Of a DNA stretch of 64,000 nucleotides, positions 37,243 through 48,500 are shown in pieces. The position numbers were made by a program, and so were the translations under genes. Numbering within the stretch: position 1 is the first letter of the stretch; every line of letters begins with the position of its first letter. This DNA comes from Verrucomicrobiales bacterium (GTDB taxonomy: Bacteria > Verrucomicrobiota > Verrucomicrobiia > Verrucomicrobiales > V1-33), in contig JANOAV010000105.1 of NCBI GenBank assembly GCA_031411295.1, positions 5,013 through 69,012 on the forward strand, given 5' to 3'. Under the pieces are notes generated by a model, which saw only the letters and a program-made list of their open reading frames with translations, made no database searches and had not been told where the DNA came from.

Positions 37243-39516
37243 ATGAAAATCTCTCCGAATCTTTCGGGGGGGCTTCTGATGTGGCCCCTGGCCGCAGCAA
37301 TGCTCACGTGCCCCCTACTGCGGGCGAACCCAGAAACGGCCAATTTCACTTTTTCGAACACCACGCGATTAAGTGCGCAGGCGGGGTATTGGCGGCATTA
37401 TGCCCCGTCTGAGGGGTGGGCCGCACGCATGAACTGGACGGGAAATGTCTCCACCTGCACTCCCGGGACCGTGTCTGCAGACTATTTCGATGATTGCCTG
37501 CGGCGGATCAATTATTACCGGGCCCAGGCGGGGTTGCCTTCGGATGTGGCGCATAACTCAACCAAGAGCGCCAAATGTCAGTGGGCCACCCTCATCTTCA
37601 GTAAACAGGGGGATATTTCGCATACCCCGGCAGATGATTTCCCCAGTAACACCTGTCTGATGGCTGATAAAGCGGCCCACGGAGGGAATGGTTGGGGGGA
37701 TGCTGCGGCTTATGCCGGTAATCTAGCGTTGGGGAACACGGGGCCGGCAGCAATTGATGACTTGATTTGGGATAGTGGTGCGGAAAATACTGCGACGGGC
37801 CATCGACGCTGGTTTCTGGACCCCCGGGCCGCAGACATGGGATTCGGCGGAGTGCCTGCCAGTGGTTCTGGTGCTGGTGCTGTCAACGCCAGTGCTTGCG
37901 TTTGGATCATCGGGGATTGGAAGTCGCTGTCGGCAGCCACGACGAAGGTGGTGACTTGGCCGAACGCGGGATTCGTGCCCTACCAATTGGTGCCAAATTC
38001 AGCGAATTCAGCAGTTTTCGGCGGGCAGGTGCGCTGGTCCTGCACTTACACCAACGGAAATTTTTCCAGTGCCAGTGTGACCATGAATCGGACTTCGGGG
38101 ACGGGCTCCCCGGCCAGCGTGGGGCTGACCAAAGAACCTTACGAGGAAGGCTATGGTGACAACGCGATCGTCTGGAAATTGAACAGCGGTGCGTCCGTCG
38201 TAGCCCCGACACCGGTCCAGGATGTAACCTATCGCATTGTGATCTCAGGCATTACCCTAACGTCGGGTGCTCCGCCGCCGCAATTTGCAGCCACGGGTGG
38301 TGGCACCTACAGCTATACCTATGATGTTACGACCTTCGACGTCACGGCCCTGACTCCAGCCATGACGGTGAGCGGAGCAGCAGCTCCCGCAGCTGGATTG
38401 ACTAATACCTATACTCTCAATCCCTTGGCAGAGTCCAGTGGCCTCACGGTGCGAGCTGGCACTGCTGCCACCGCCGTTTGGACGGAAGGGGCAGAGGACG
38501 CTCCCACGCCTAAGGTGTTGGACGGCACCACTGGCGGATATTCCCTCCTCATGAGTTCGCTTCCCAGCAGTGGAAGCAAGACGTTCCATCTCACCTTTCC
38601 TTCCAGTCCGGTTGCGACGCAGTCCTTCACCATCGATCACCATATCATCCCCAGCGCCACGAGTCGCCTCCAGTTCAAGCATCGCTTTCGTTTTGTAAAA
38701 CTGGGTAGTTCGCTCAACGCGGAAATTTCCACGGACGATGGATCCAGTTGGACGAAGTTTTGGTCCCGGGCAGGAGATGCTAATAGCAGCAGTGGTAACA
38801 GCGGTTCCTTGGAAGCCAGCTATCAAACCGGGGACGTTGCCATCCCCGCGATTTATGCAGGGCGCACGTGTCGCTTCCGTTTCTCGTTGGATCATACCAC
38901 TGGACCGTTTTCTACCGGGACTACGGATACTTACGGGGCGTTGGTGGATAACGTTACCGTAACTGCAGCCCAGGAGTTCACCGTTAGTTCAGCAACCGTG
39001 CTTGCCAGCGCAGCCACGACCTATGCGTTCGTCCCCCCCAGTGTTGGGACCTACTATTTGCAAGCTAGCATGGAGCTGGGAGATACCCATTGGATGGATT
39101 GGGGCCCGCTGACCACCGTGACGGCGGTGGCCCCAGTTTCATTGCAAACCTGGCGGGCCACGAATCTGGCTTCAGCTACGAATACGGGCTCTGCCGCCGA
39201 TGCGGCGGATCCGGATGGCGACGGATTGGCCAACATTGTGGAATACGCTTTTGGCCTGAATCCCTCGTCCGCGCAATGGGATGCGGTGGCGTTACCGACT
39301 GTGAGCAAATCGGGAAATAGCATCGTTTACAGCTTCAAACCATCCGCTGGCGCCACGGGGGTGACTTACACCGTGCAGAAAACGACGAACTTGGCCACTG
39401 GGCCATGGACGACTGTTCCCAGCAGTGTCACGAAAGGCACCTACTCCGCCACCGTCCCGGTAGCCGCGAGTCCGATCTTCTTTCGGCTCAAGGTTGAAAA
39501 CGTTTCAGGGTTGTAG
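37243..39516 (+). CDS. Secreted CAP (SCP/PR-1-like) domain protein with conserved C-terminal domain
   Basis: Signal peptide; LRRINYYRAQAGL, ISHTP, GNLA, GHRRWFL..MGFG (CAP); C-terminal DPDGDGLANIVEYAFG..FFRLKV. Confidence 0.85.
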   Translation: MKISPNLSGGLLMWPLAAAMLTCPLLRANPETANFTFSNTTRLSAQAGYWRHYAPSEGWAARMNWTGNVSTCTPGTVSADYFDDCLRRINYYRAQAGLPSDVAHNSTKSAKCQWATLIFSKQGDISHTPADDFPSNTCLMADKAAHGGNGWGDAAAYAGNLALGNTGPAAIDDLIWDSGAENTATGHRRWFLDPRAADMGFGGVPASGSGAGAVNASACVWIIGDWKSLSAATTKVVTWPNAGFVPYQLVPNSANSAVFGGQVRWSCTYTNGNFSSASVTMNRTSGTGSPASVGLTKEPYEEGYGDNAIVWKLNSGASVVAPTPVQDVTYRIVISGITLTSGAPPPQFAATGGGTYSYTYDVTTFDVTALTPAMTVSGAAAPAAGLTNTYTLNPLAESSGLTVRAGTAATAVWTEGAEDAPTPKVLDGTTGGYSLLMSSLPSSGSKTFHLTFPSSPVATQSFTIDHHIIPSATSRLQFKHRFRFVKLGSSLNAEISTDDGSSWTKFWSRAGDANSSSGNSGSLEASYQTGDVAIPAIYAGRTCRFRFSLDHTTGPFSTGTTDTYGALVDNVTVTAAQEFTVSSATVLASAATTYAFVPPSVGTYYLQASMELGDTHWMDWGPLTTVTAVAPVSLQTWRATNLASATNTGSAADAADPDGDGLANIVEYAFGLNPSSAQWDAVALPTVSKSGNSIVYSFKPSAGATGVTYTVQKTTNLATGPWTTVPSSVTKGTYSATVPVAASPIFFRLKVENVSGL

Positions 39517-39577
39517 CTGCGGTTTGTAATCCGAACCCGACAGTTGCGTTTCCGCAGCAACGATACGATGCAGCAGG

Positions 39578-40417
39578 ATGATCGAATCGCTGGCAACACA
39601 CTTCAAAGGCTGGGCCAAGCCGGGCCCTCCACCGCACTCTGCGGCCACCGCAGAGGAGGGGGAATCGTGCGACGCCATCAGTGGTCACTATCGGCTGCTG
39701 CAGCTTAAGGCTGGTCATCGGTTCTCCACGGACGATATCCTGACTGCTTGGTATGGCACCACCTGGGCTCCTTCGGTGCGCTCCGGTTTGGACTTGGGAA
39801 GCGGGCTCGGCACCGTGGGCATGATCTGTGCGTGGCGCTGCCCGGGGGCTAAATTTGTTACGGTGGAGGCTCAGCCGGAAAGTGTCGCCTTGGCGCGACG
39901 CTCGGCTGTGGCGAATGGATTGGCGGATCGGTATGAGATTCGCGAAGGAGATTTTCGCGATCCCGGAGTTCTGGCGGAGCATGAGAAATTTGATCTGATC
40001 ACGGGCAGTCCACCTTATTGGCCGGTGGAGGCGGGTGTTGTTAGCGAACACCCGCAGAAACTTGCTTGTCGTTTTGAGCTGCGCGGTAGTGTGGCGGACT
40101 ATTGCGAGACGGCGGCTCGGCATCTGGCTGTGGGAGGCTTCTTTGCCTGCGTCTTTCCCCATGAGCCACAACAACTGGCCCGCGTGGTGGCTGGAGCCCA
40201 GGCTGCGGGACTGGTCATCGTGCGCAAGCGTCCGATTCAATTCCGCGAGGGTGATGCTCCGCTGGTGGCGTTGTTCGGCATGATGAGAGCGGAGGATTTG
40301 CCGGAATGGTTTCGAGGCCAAACTTGGGAAGAGCCCCCACTGATCATCCGCACCAAGGCCGGGGCCGTGCATCCCGAGTATTCTGCAGTGAAATTGGCGA
40401 TCGGATTTCCCCCATAG
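39578..40417 (+). CDS. SAM-dependent methyltransferase, tRNA1(Val) adenine(37)-N6 methyltransferase (TrmN6/YfiC)-like
   Basis: GHRFSTDD, LDLGSGLG, and GSPPY (NPPY-like) motifs. Confidence 0.8.
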   Translation: MIESLATHFKGWAKPGPPPHSAATAEEGESCDAISGHYRLLQLKAGHRFSTDDILTAWYGTTWAPSVRSGLDLGSGLGTVGMICAWRCPGAKFVTVEAQPESVALARRSAVANGLADRYEIREGDFRDPGVLAEHEKFDLITGSPPYWPVEAGVVSEHPQKLACRFELRGSVADYCETAARHLAVGGFFACVFPHEPQQLARVVAGAQAAGLVIVRKRPIQFREGDAPLVALFGMMRAEDLPEWFRGQTWEEPPLIIRTKAGAVHPEYSAVKLAIGFPP

Positions 40418-40588
40418 GGCTACGGGGCATGCTCGGATGGGTTGCCCACTGAAATATTCGACAGATTTGAAAAAAGTTCCGGAGGGTGTAACCAGTCGCC
40501 TCCGCGTGGTCAACTCAGATTACCTGCCAGTGTAATGCTCGGCGGGTATTCACTTCACTAAATACTGTCACTTCACCTACTACCCATC

Positions 40589-41041
40589 ATGAAAACCATG
40601 CCCCTTTATCGCACTTTGACATTGGCAATCTTCACGCTGCTTTCCTTGACCCTCAGCCCCGGTGCCAAGGCGGATACCAGCGAGGATAAAGCTGAACTGG
40701 CCGAGCACCTCGTCGCCCTGCTTAATAAGGCCGGTTACGGCGTGCGGGATCGTTACACTTCAGGCGACTTATACGAGGGAGAGACGACTAAAGTCACAAC
40801 GACGTTGCACGAAGGTAATGCCTATCAAATTGTCGTCGCCAGTCCTTACAAAAGCAGTGACGTCGATGTTCGCATTTATGATGAGAACGACAACTTGATC
40901 GCGCAGGACAATGATGACACGGCCATGGCGGTCGTGAAGATCACCCCGAAATGGAGTGGGAAGTTTAAAATTGTCATCACCATGCATTCGTGCCGCCACC
41001 TGAGCGCGGCTTGGGTCATGCAGTATGGCTTCAAGAATTAA
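40589..41041 (+). CDS. Small secreted beta-sandwich (PPC-like) protein
   Basis: Signal peptide (AKA/D); DVDVRIYDEN.NLIAQD..TPKWSGKFKI. Confidence 0.7.
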   Translation: MKTMPLYRTLTLAIFTLLSLTLSPGAKADTSEDKAELAEHLVALLNKAGYGVRDRYTSGDLYEGETTKVTTTLHEGNAYQIVVASPYKSSDVDVRIYDENDNLIAQDNDDTAMAVVKITPKWSGKFKIVITMHSCRHLSAAWVMQYGFKN

Positions 41042-41082
41042 TCCCTGTCGCACCCATGCCTACAAGGCACGCTCTACCCAAG

Positions 41083-41526
41083 ATGAAATTCTTCTATTGG
41101 TCCTTAATTTCCTGTCTCCTGCTGAGTTGGTTGCCCCGTCGGGCCCGCGCGCAGACGGAATCAGGGGATACATTGTGCGAGGCCTATCTGGCCAGGATCA
41201 ATCACCGCGACCACTATAGTGCGAGCGGAGTCCGATTGAGTGGAGTCGCTGACATTGTGCTCCAGGATCGCCTCAACTACCTGCGCGGTGGCATCAGGGA
41301 CGCTGAGGATCAGGCGGACGGACGATCCACTGGGGCTGGGTATCGCAGCAGTGAGGAATCATTGCTGGGCAGGCGGTCGATCGATGCGACAACGGCTGCC
41401 GTAATGGTTGAGTCCACTCCCTTGGTCTGCGTCAAAATATCCAAATCCCAGCAAAGCGAGGAGCTGTATCTGGCGACTGATCTTGTTCCGATGACTCGGG
41501 CTGGAGGGAGCTACGCTAGACACTAG
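41083..41526 (+). CDS. Hypothetical secreted protein (start 41083 or 41056)
   Basis: Signal peptide (RARA/Q); motif YLARI..RDHYSASGVRL..QDRLNY..RDAEDQ looks conserved; co-oriented with the previous gene. Confidence 0.6.
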   Translation: MKFFYWSLISCLLLSWLPRRARAQTESGDTLCEAYLARINHRDHYSASGVRLSGVADIVLQDRLNYLRGGIRDAEDQADGRSTGAGYRSSEESLLGRRSIDATTAAVMVESTPLVCVKISKSQQSEELYLATDLVPMTRAGGSYARH

Positions 41527-41538
41527 GAGGACACCTCC

Positions 41539-42561
41539 CTAGCTGCGCTTCCTTCGATACCCCCAGTAACCCAAGAGGACAATGCAGGCGGCAGCAACGG
41601 CAGTCAGGGACTGGAGCTTATGTTTACCCCACACCATTCTTGGCGGGTAGGCACTGGCAAGGTGGCTGCCTGGTGCAATAATACTGCGGATTAGTGCGGC
41701 TTGGGGCGCGATCCGGGTAGCCCCGCACCACATGGGGGAGGGGTGTTCCTGGAGCGCCCCGACCTCGCGAAACGTCTCGCCTAGCACACCCCGCCACATC
41801 TGGCGTCCGTCGTGAATGGCGGCCCAGAATGAGTCAGTGCCTGATGCGGTAAAGGAATATTGCGTTTCCTTCCCTCCCACCGAGGGGTCAACGTCGAAAT
41901 GAATTCCTGCCAAGCGCCAGTTGCCGGCTTGATCCTGCAGGAGCAGTCCGCCCCCGCTGTCACCGGATGCCAGCGTGCCTTCGTCCAGTCCCGCAGCTTG
42001 ATCCCAGGACCACACGAGGAGTGATCCGAGGTCTTCGCCTGCCGCAAAATATTCTTCGACTTGATTCGTGCCCCAACTGAGTTTCCCATCAGATTCGCCC
42101 CACCTCCATCCGGGCTTGGTTCCGTTAGGTAGCAAAATTTCCTGTCCACGGGCAGCTCCACGGCCCATCAGAAAGCAGGGTTGTTTCAACTCCGAGCCAC
42201 TACTCTCATCCCACAGTTCCATCCATTGGGGAAACTCCCCCTCCACGCGGAACAGCACCAAGTCTGTCCCCGGAATGCCGGCCGATTCCACCGCCGCATA
42301 GCTTTTGCCATTCAAATCAAAGAAGCTGCCAACATTCACTCCCAGGTGCAATGCGGTGATAAACCAGTGGGGGCTGATGCAGACCCCGGTGCCCCCTTGC
42401 CAATGACCATGACTGGCCCAAGCCTTCTGCAACGTGGGATCCGCCGGAGTGCCAAAATTCCTGCCCTCTTCTCGAAACACGATGATCGCCCGGGCATCGC
42501 CCAGGAGGGCGAGGGCGAGCAAGCCAAGGGCAAGGCGGCTTAAATGAAGTCGCAGTAGCAT
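41539..42561 (-). CDS. Secreted trypsin-like (S1) serine protease with C-terminal membrane anchor
   Basis: Signal peptide (ARA/II); catalytic triad motifs ITALH, TDLVL, GDSGGG; C-terminal TM helix followed by RRKRS; its ATG overlaps the PKS-NRPS stop (TAATG). Confidence 0.88.
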   Translation of the reverse strand: MLLRLHLSRLALGLLALALLGDARAIIVFREEGRNFGTPADPTLQKAWASHGHWQGGTGVCISPHWFITALHLGVNVGSFFDLNGKSYAAVESAGIPGTDLVLFRVEGEFPQWMELWDESSGSELKQPCFLMGRGAARGQEILLPNGTKPGWRWGESDGKLSWGTNQVEEYFAAGEDLGSLLVWSWDQAAGLDEGTLASGDSGGGLLLQDQAGNWRLAGIHFDVDPSVGGKETQYSFTASGTDSFWAAIHDGRQMWRGVLGETFREVGALQEHPSPMWCGATRIAPQAALIRSIIAPGSHLASAYPPRMVWGKHKLQSLTAVAAACIVLLGYWGYRRKRS

Positions 42562-45500
42562 TAGGTAAGCATCGGGCTGGGGGTGAGCTTGGCGAGGTGG
42601 CGACGCAGCTTGTCTGCCATCTGACTAACATTTGGCTCATCGAAAATCTCCAAATGATTACCCGGGACGCGATCTATGATGAGCCGATCCACCAAACTGG
42701 TCCAGCCATAATCCTCGCTGAGGTCAAACTTATCGCTGACTTCACTGCTGCGGAAGAGCAGCATCGTGGTGGCCAGCGGTGCCGCTCGATAGCCCTCGGC
42801 CGCCTGGATATTGGCTTCCCGAATCTGCACATAACGCAGACGTTCTTCCTCCGCCCTGACCCCTTGCTTGAGCAAACGCCGCGCAGAAGCAGTCTCGGCG
42901 TCGGTGCGGAACCGCTGAATCAAGCCGGAACTAAAACGGCCTCCGAGTTGCAATAACTTGCCCGCCACATTGTGGGATTGACTCGTGCGCCAATTCACGC
43001 TGATGCGCTCACCGAGCGTGTATTCGCGAGCCGGCACATTGGGGTTTTCCGTATCAAACATCACTAGTAAGGGAACCTCCTCACCAGCCGCCAACAGTTG
43101 CTGCGCCATTTCATAGGCCACTAAACCGCCATAACTGTAGCCGCCGAGCACGTAGGGGCCGCGGCGTTGGGCCAGTCTGATTAAGGCCACATACTCTGCC
43201 GCGACCGCCGGAATCGGGATCGATTCGATGGGCAGCGATTCATCGATCAAGGCGGGCGATTCCACAGTGTAGAGTTGCCGCTCCGTCCCGAAGCGCGAAA
43301 GCAACCCCTTGTAAAACAGCGCTCCGCCATCTCCGCCATGAATTCCGAAGAACGCCAGTTCATCCCCCGTTGGTTGAATACAGGTTAGGGGGGAGACCTT
43401 GCCGCGGGTGGCATTGGCCGTCGTTTCGATCACCGTGGCCAATTTCTCCAAGGTGGGGGCGCGGAACAAGGTGCCCAGCGGGAGGGCGACGCGGAAGTCA
43501 GTCCGGATACGAGTGAACAAACGCAGGCCGTGGAGCGAGGTGCCGCCGATTTCGAAGAAATTATCGTCGCTGCTTACGGCGGTGAGCCGAAGGATGTCCT
43601 GCCAAATTAACGCCAGTCGTTGCTCGAAATCCGTGCGCGGAGCCACATAGGCTCGTGCCCGGTCGGTGGGAGGCACAACCATGTCAGGTTGTGGGGCGGA
43701 GAGTGCTTGGCGGTTCAGTTTGCCGTTTTCGGTGAGCGGGAAACTCTCCATGCAGACGTAAGCAGAGGGGACCATGTAGTCCGGCAGTTTCGCTTGCAGG
43801 TGCTTGCGGAGGGCTTCGCTGGTGGGGAGATCTTTGTCATACACCACAAACGCGGCCAGATACGTTTCGCCATCCGCATTCTGCTGGGGCAGAACGGCGG
43901 CATCGCGCACGTCCGGATGGGTTAAGAGCACGGATTCGATTTCCCCTAGCTCAATGCGGTAGCCCCGCAGTTTGACCTGCTGATCCGCCCGCCCCAGATA
44001 CTCCAACTCGCGCCCTGGACGGAAACGTGCCAGATCTCCCGTGCGATACAATTTCGCTCCGGGCCGACCAGTCAAATGATCAGGCACGAAGCGCTCCGCC
44101 GTAAGTTCTGGGCGGTTTAGATAGCCTTGAGCCAGACCATCGCCACCAACATACATTTCCCCCACGCAACCAAATGGCACCGGTTCACCTGCTGTGTCCA
44201 AGAGATATATTTGCAGATCAGGAATGGGCACCCCGATCATGCTCCCGCCTTTCATATCTGCTGTAGTTAGTGGACGATAGGTCACATGCACGGTAGTTTC
44301 AGTAATGCCATACATGTTGACCAACTGCGGTGATTGATCTCCATGGCGGGCGAACCAGGGCTGCAAGGCCGCCATTTCCAGCGCCTCACCACCGAAGATG
44401 ACGTAGCGCAGACTAAGCGCCGGAGCCTGCGACAAGGTTGCTTCTGCCGCCATCAGTTGTTTGAAGGCACTCGGCGTTTGATTCAGCACGGTGACCTTTT
44501 CTGTCGCCAGCAATTCATAAAATTCATCAGGGGAGCGGGCCAAATTAAACGGCACGACGACCAAGCGACCGCCATACAGCAGCGCACCCCAGATTTCCCA
44601 GACGCTAAAGTCAAAGGCTGCGCTGTGGAAGAGGGTCCAAACGTCACGGGCGTTGAAGTTGAACCACGCCTCCGTGCTCTGCATTAAGCGCGTCACGTTC
44701 CGATGAGTGATCCGGCAGCCCTTCGGCTGGCCGGTCGATCCACTGGTGTAAATCACATACGCGATGTCATCCGGAATGATGCTGGTTAGAGGATTTGTGG
44801 TCGGGAAATCTGTTAGCGCGTCATCGATGAACAACGTGCGTCCAGCGTGTTCGGGCAGTTGTTTCAGCAGACTGCGCTGCGCCACTAGCACCGGGGCGGC
44901 AGCGTCTTCCAGCAGGAAGGCCAGACGCGCGGCAGGGTAGCTCAGATCCATGGGGACATAGGCGGCTCCCGCTTTCAAGATCCCCAGAATGGCCACCACT
45001 AAAGGATTGGCGCGCTCCAGGCACAGCCCCACCAGCATGCCGGGGCGCACCCCGGCCTCAATCAAGGCGTGGGCCAGTTGGTTGGCGCGGGCGTTCACTT
45101 CACCATAGGTCAGGTTTTGCGTGCCGCAGGTCAGCGCCAAGGCCTGTGGATGCTGCTGGGCTTGTTGTTCGAACCAAGCATGCAGACAGAGATCTCCTCC
45201 AGCCTTGCGGCCATGAGCGTTGAAGCCGTGGATCAGTTCGCTGCGTTGCCCGGTGGTGAGCATGGGAAGCCGGGATATTTCCATTTCTGGATGGGCGCAG
45301 AGTGACTGTAACAAACGTTGATAGTGCAGCATCCATTGCTGGATTGTCTCCTCGCGGAATAGTTCGGAGCGCGCAGCACATAACAGTCGCAGATCCTCTG
45401 CCCCCTGATAAGCATAGAGGGTCAGCGGGAAGTTGGACCGCAACTTGGGATTCAATATCGTCGTGAAGGCCAGTCCGCCTGCTGCGATCGTGTCAGCCCC

Positions 45501-48500
45501 CATCGATTCCAAACTAAAGGCCGTCGGCACGAACTGCTGGCGCTCCTGGCCGCTGATGCCCTTGAGTTCATTCAGAATTTCTCCTAACGTGCAGTCTTGA
45601 TGGTCCATCGCCTCCATCACTTGTTGCCGGACCTGTTCCAGGAAGCTCAGCGCCTTGGTCGATCCATGGACCTTGGCCCGCAGCGGGAGAAACTGCACGC
45701 AATGCCCCACCAGTCCGGCTTGCCCCGTGGCCGCTTGTCCGGCAAAGGGCACGCCCACCAGAAAATCATCCTGCCCTGTCAGTCGATGCAGCAAGACTTC
45801 CCACGCTCCCAGCATGATTTGAAATACCGTGAGCCGTCGCTCCTTCGCGATGTGTTTGACCTGATCCAACAATCCCGCAGGCAGGGTTAAGGCCACGGAG
45901 AAAGTATCGTAGCCCGGTGCCTTGCGGGTAAAGTCTGTCGGCAGCGCGAGCGGAACTGGAGGGTTGGCCAAGCGCTGCAACCAATAGGCCTTCGAGGCCG
46001 CGCCCTCGCCCGAGGCTCGCTGGATGCGCTCATCAGCGGCATAGGCATCGAAGCGTGGGGCCGGAGTCGCGAATGGCTTCTGCTGCTGCGTCAATTCATA
46101 CGCTTGCGGTAACTCTTGGAGGAGCACTCCGAACGACCAGCCATCACAAATGATGTGATGTGCCGTTAGGATTAAATGATGTTTCTGCTCCCCCAGCTTG
46201 ATTAAAGCCGCCCGCAACATGGGGCCGTGGTTCAGCGCGAACGGGGTTAGGAAATGTTGCCGCCGCACTTCCTTCAGTTGCAGTTCCTGTTCTGCGCCAC
46301 TGAGTTCGCCTAGCTCCAGCAACGGCAGCGGGAGGCGCACATTGGCGGCAATGTGCATCCCTTCCCCGTCTTCATCAAACGATGCTCTGAGGGCCACGTG
46401 GCGTTCCAACAGCATACCCAAAGCCTGATGCAGCGTTTCGGGCTGCAATTCCCCGTTGATCTCCACCGTCACAGATTCATGGCAAGCCGTGGAGGCTTGC
46501 TCGTCGAGCGATGATGCCAGCAGCAATTCCTGCTGCGCTGCGGTCAGCGGGGCATAGGACGGCATGAAAGTGGCCACCACTTCCAAGGAGGCGGGTTTCG
46601 AAGCTGCCGCTGCCATGTCTTGCTGAGTGGGGAGGAATCCTCCCGCTTGCAGTGCGCGCACACTTTCTTTAAAGGCGGCTATCACTTGCGCGATCTCTTC
46701 ATCGGTGTGCTGGGTGCAGAGGAAACTGCTGCGCCCCGCCCACACATGGATGCCGCGTAGGCGCAGATGGAGAAATAGCAGTTCCGTGTATTTCAACTGC
46801 GGAGCAAAATTTACAAAATAGTAGCTGCTGAAGTGGGTTAGCCGAATCGGCACTCCAGCATCCTGACAAAAGGTATTGATGTCGCCCACGAACTTCGTCG
46901 TGCGTTCATTCATCCACGTTTGGAGTTGCGGCCCCTTTTCTTTGAGATGCAGCAACACGGCCTTGGCCGCCGCCAGTGCCAACGGATGGCGCACAAAGGT
47001 GCCGGCAAAAAAAGTGACCCCAACTTCCGGTCCAGAGTCATCCCCATACTGCCACTGACCGCCATCCAGTGCGTCCAGGAATTTCCGCTTCCCGGCCACC
47101 ACGCCAATGGGGAAGCCGCCGCCGATAATTTTGCCATAGGTGGCAATGTCTGCTTCAATGCCAAAATAACCCGCGGCCCCCCGGGGATGGATGCGGAAGC
47201 CGTTCACCACTTCGTCCAAGACTAACGCGATTCCATGTTCTGCGGTAATCGCCCGCAGGGTGTGGAGGAACTCCGCTGGTTGCAGTTCGGGACGTCGGCT
47301 CTGGACCGTTTCCACCAGCACCGCAGCAATTTCATGCGCATGGTCGCGAATGATCTCCAGGGACTCCGGGTTGTCATAATCCAATACCAAAATGTTCTCT
47401 CCCACGGCCTCGGGAATCCCCGGTGCGATGGGGATGGTGTGCAGTTGCTCGCCCTCCATCATCGGTCGCACTAGCACCTCGTCCATGATGCCGTGGTAGG
47501 CCCCGGCAAACATCACGATCTTATCGCGACCGGTCACGGTGCGGGACGTGCGAATGGCCGCCATCAAGGCTTCGCTGCCGGTATTGCAGAAGCTCACGCG
47601 CTCATGTCCGGTGAATTCGAGAAACAAAGTGGCTACTTCGCCCACCAGCGGATTGGTTGGTCCAATCTCGATTCCCTTCTCCAACTGCGCCTGCACCGCA
47701 TCCATCACAAAGGACGCGCGATGGCCGAGGAAGCCAACACCGAAGCCTTGGGTGATGTCGATGTATTCATTGCCATCCACATCCCAAATCCGACCGCCCT
47801 GAGAGCGATCCACAATCAGCGGATAGACCGCTTCTTTCCACAAATGATTGAATCCAGCGACTGCGCGCGGATCAGCAAAATGGTGGCGATGCTCCTGCGT
47901 GAAGGCCTTCGAGCCCTTGGTTTTGGCGGTATAGGCCGCCAGTAACTCATCCAAGTGAGCGCGTTGAGTTTCCGTCAGCGATCCATCCTTGGCCGTTTGC
48001 AACGGACGGAACGGTCCGAAGGCAATCCGCTTGTCAGAGTTCACGTTCTGACTCATGGCGCGCACGGAGAACTTCTGCACCGCACCAACGCCCGGTGCCA
48101 GCAGCTCCCGCCGCAAATCCCCAATCGCTTGTTCGATGATGGCCAGACGATCTCCCGCAGGAGCAGGGACGCTGCTTGGAAGCAATGACAGTGGCTGACT
48201 TGGGGCTGTTGGTTGGAATTTTTCCGGTGGCAATTGGGCATCGAGATAGTCTGCCAACGATTGCAATGAGCCCAGTTCCTCCGCGATCTGGCGGAAGGTA
48301 ATTTTAACGCCGAAATGCTTCCGCAGGAAAATGCTCGCCTGAGTTAGGAACAGGGAGTCGAAACCGAGATCAAAGAATGAAGCTGCCGCAGGCGCACTGC
48401 TGAGATCAATGCCGCTGGCCTTGTGTAACTGGGTTCGCAGTTCGCTTAACAAGTGTTCTGGCCGGGAGATGCTCCCCACAACAAGGAGTGGGGGACTCAA

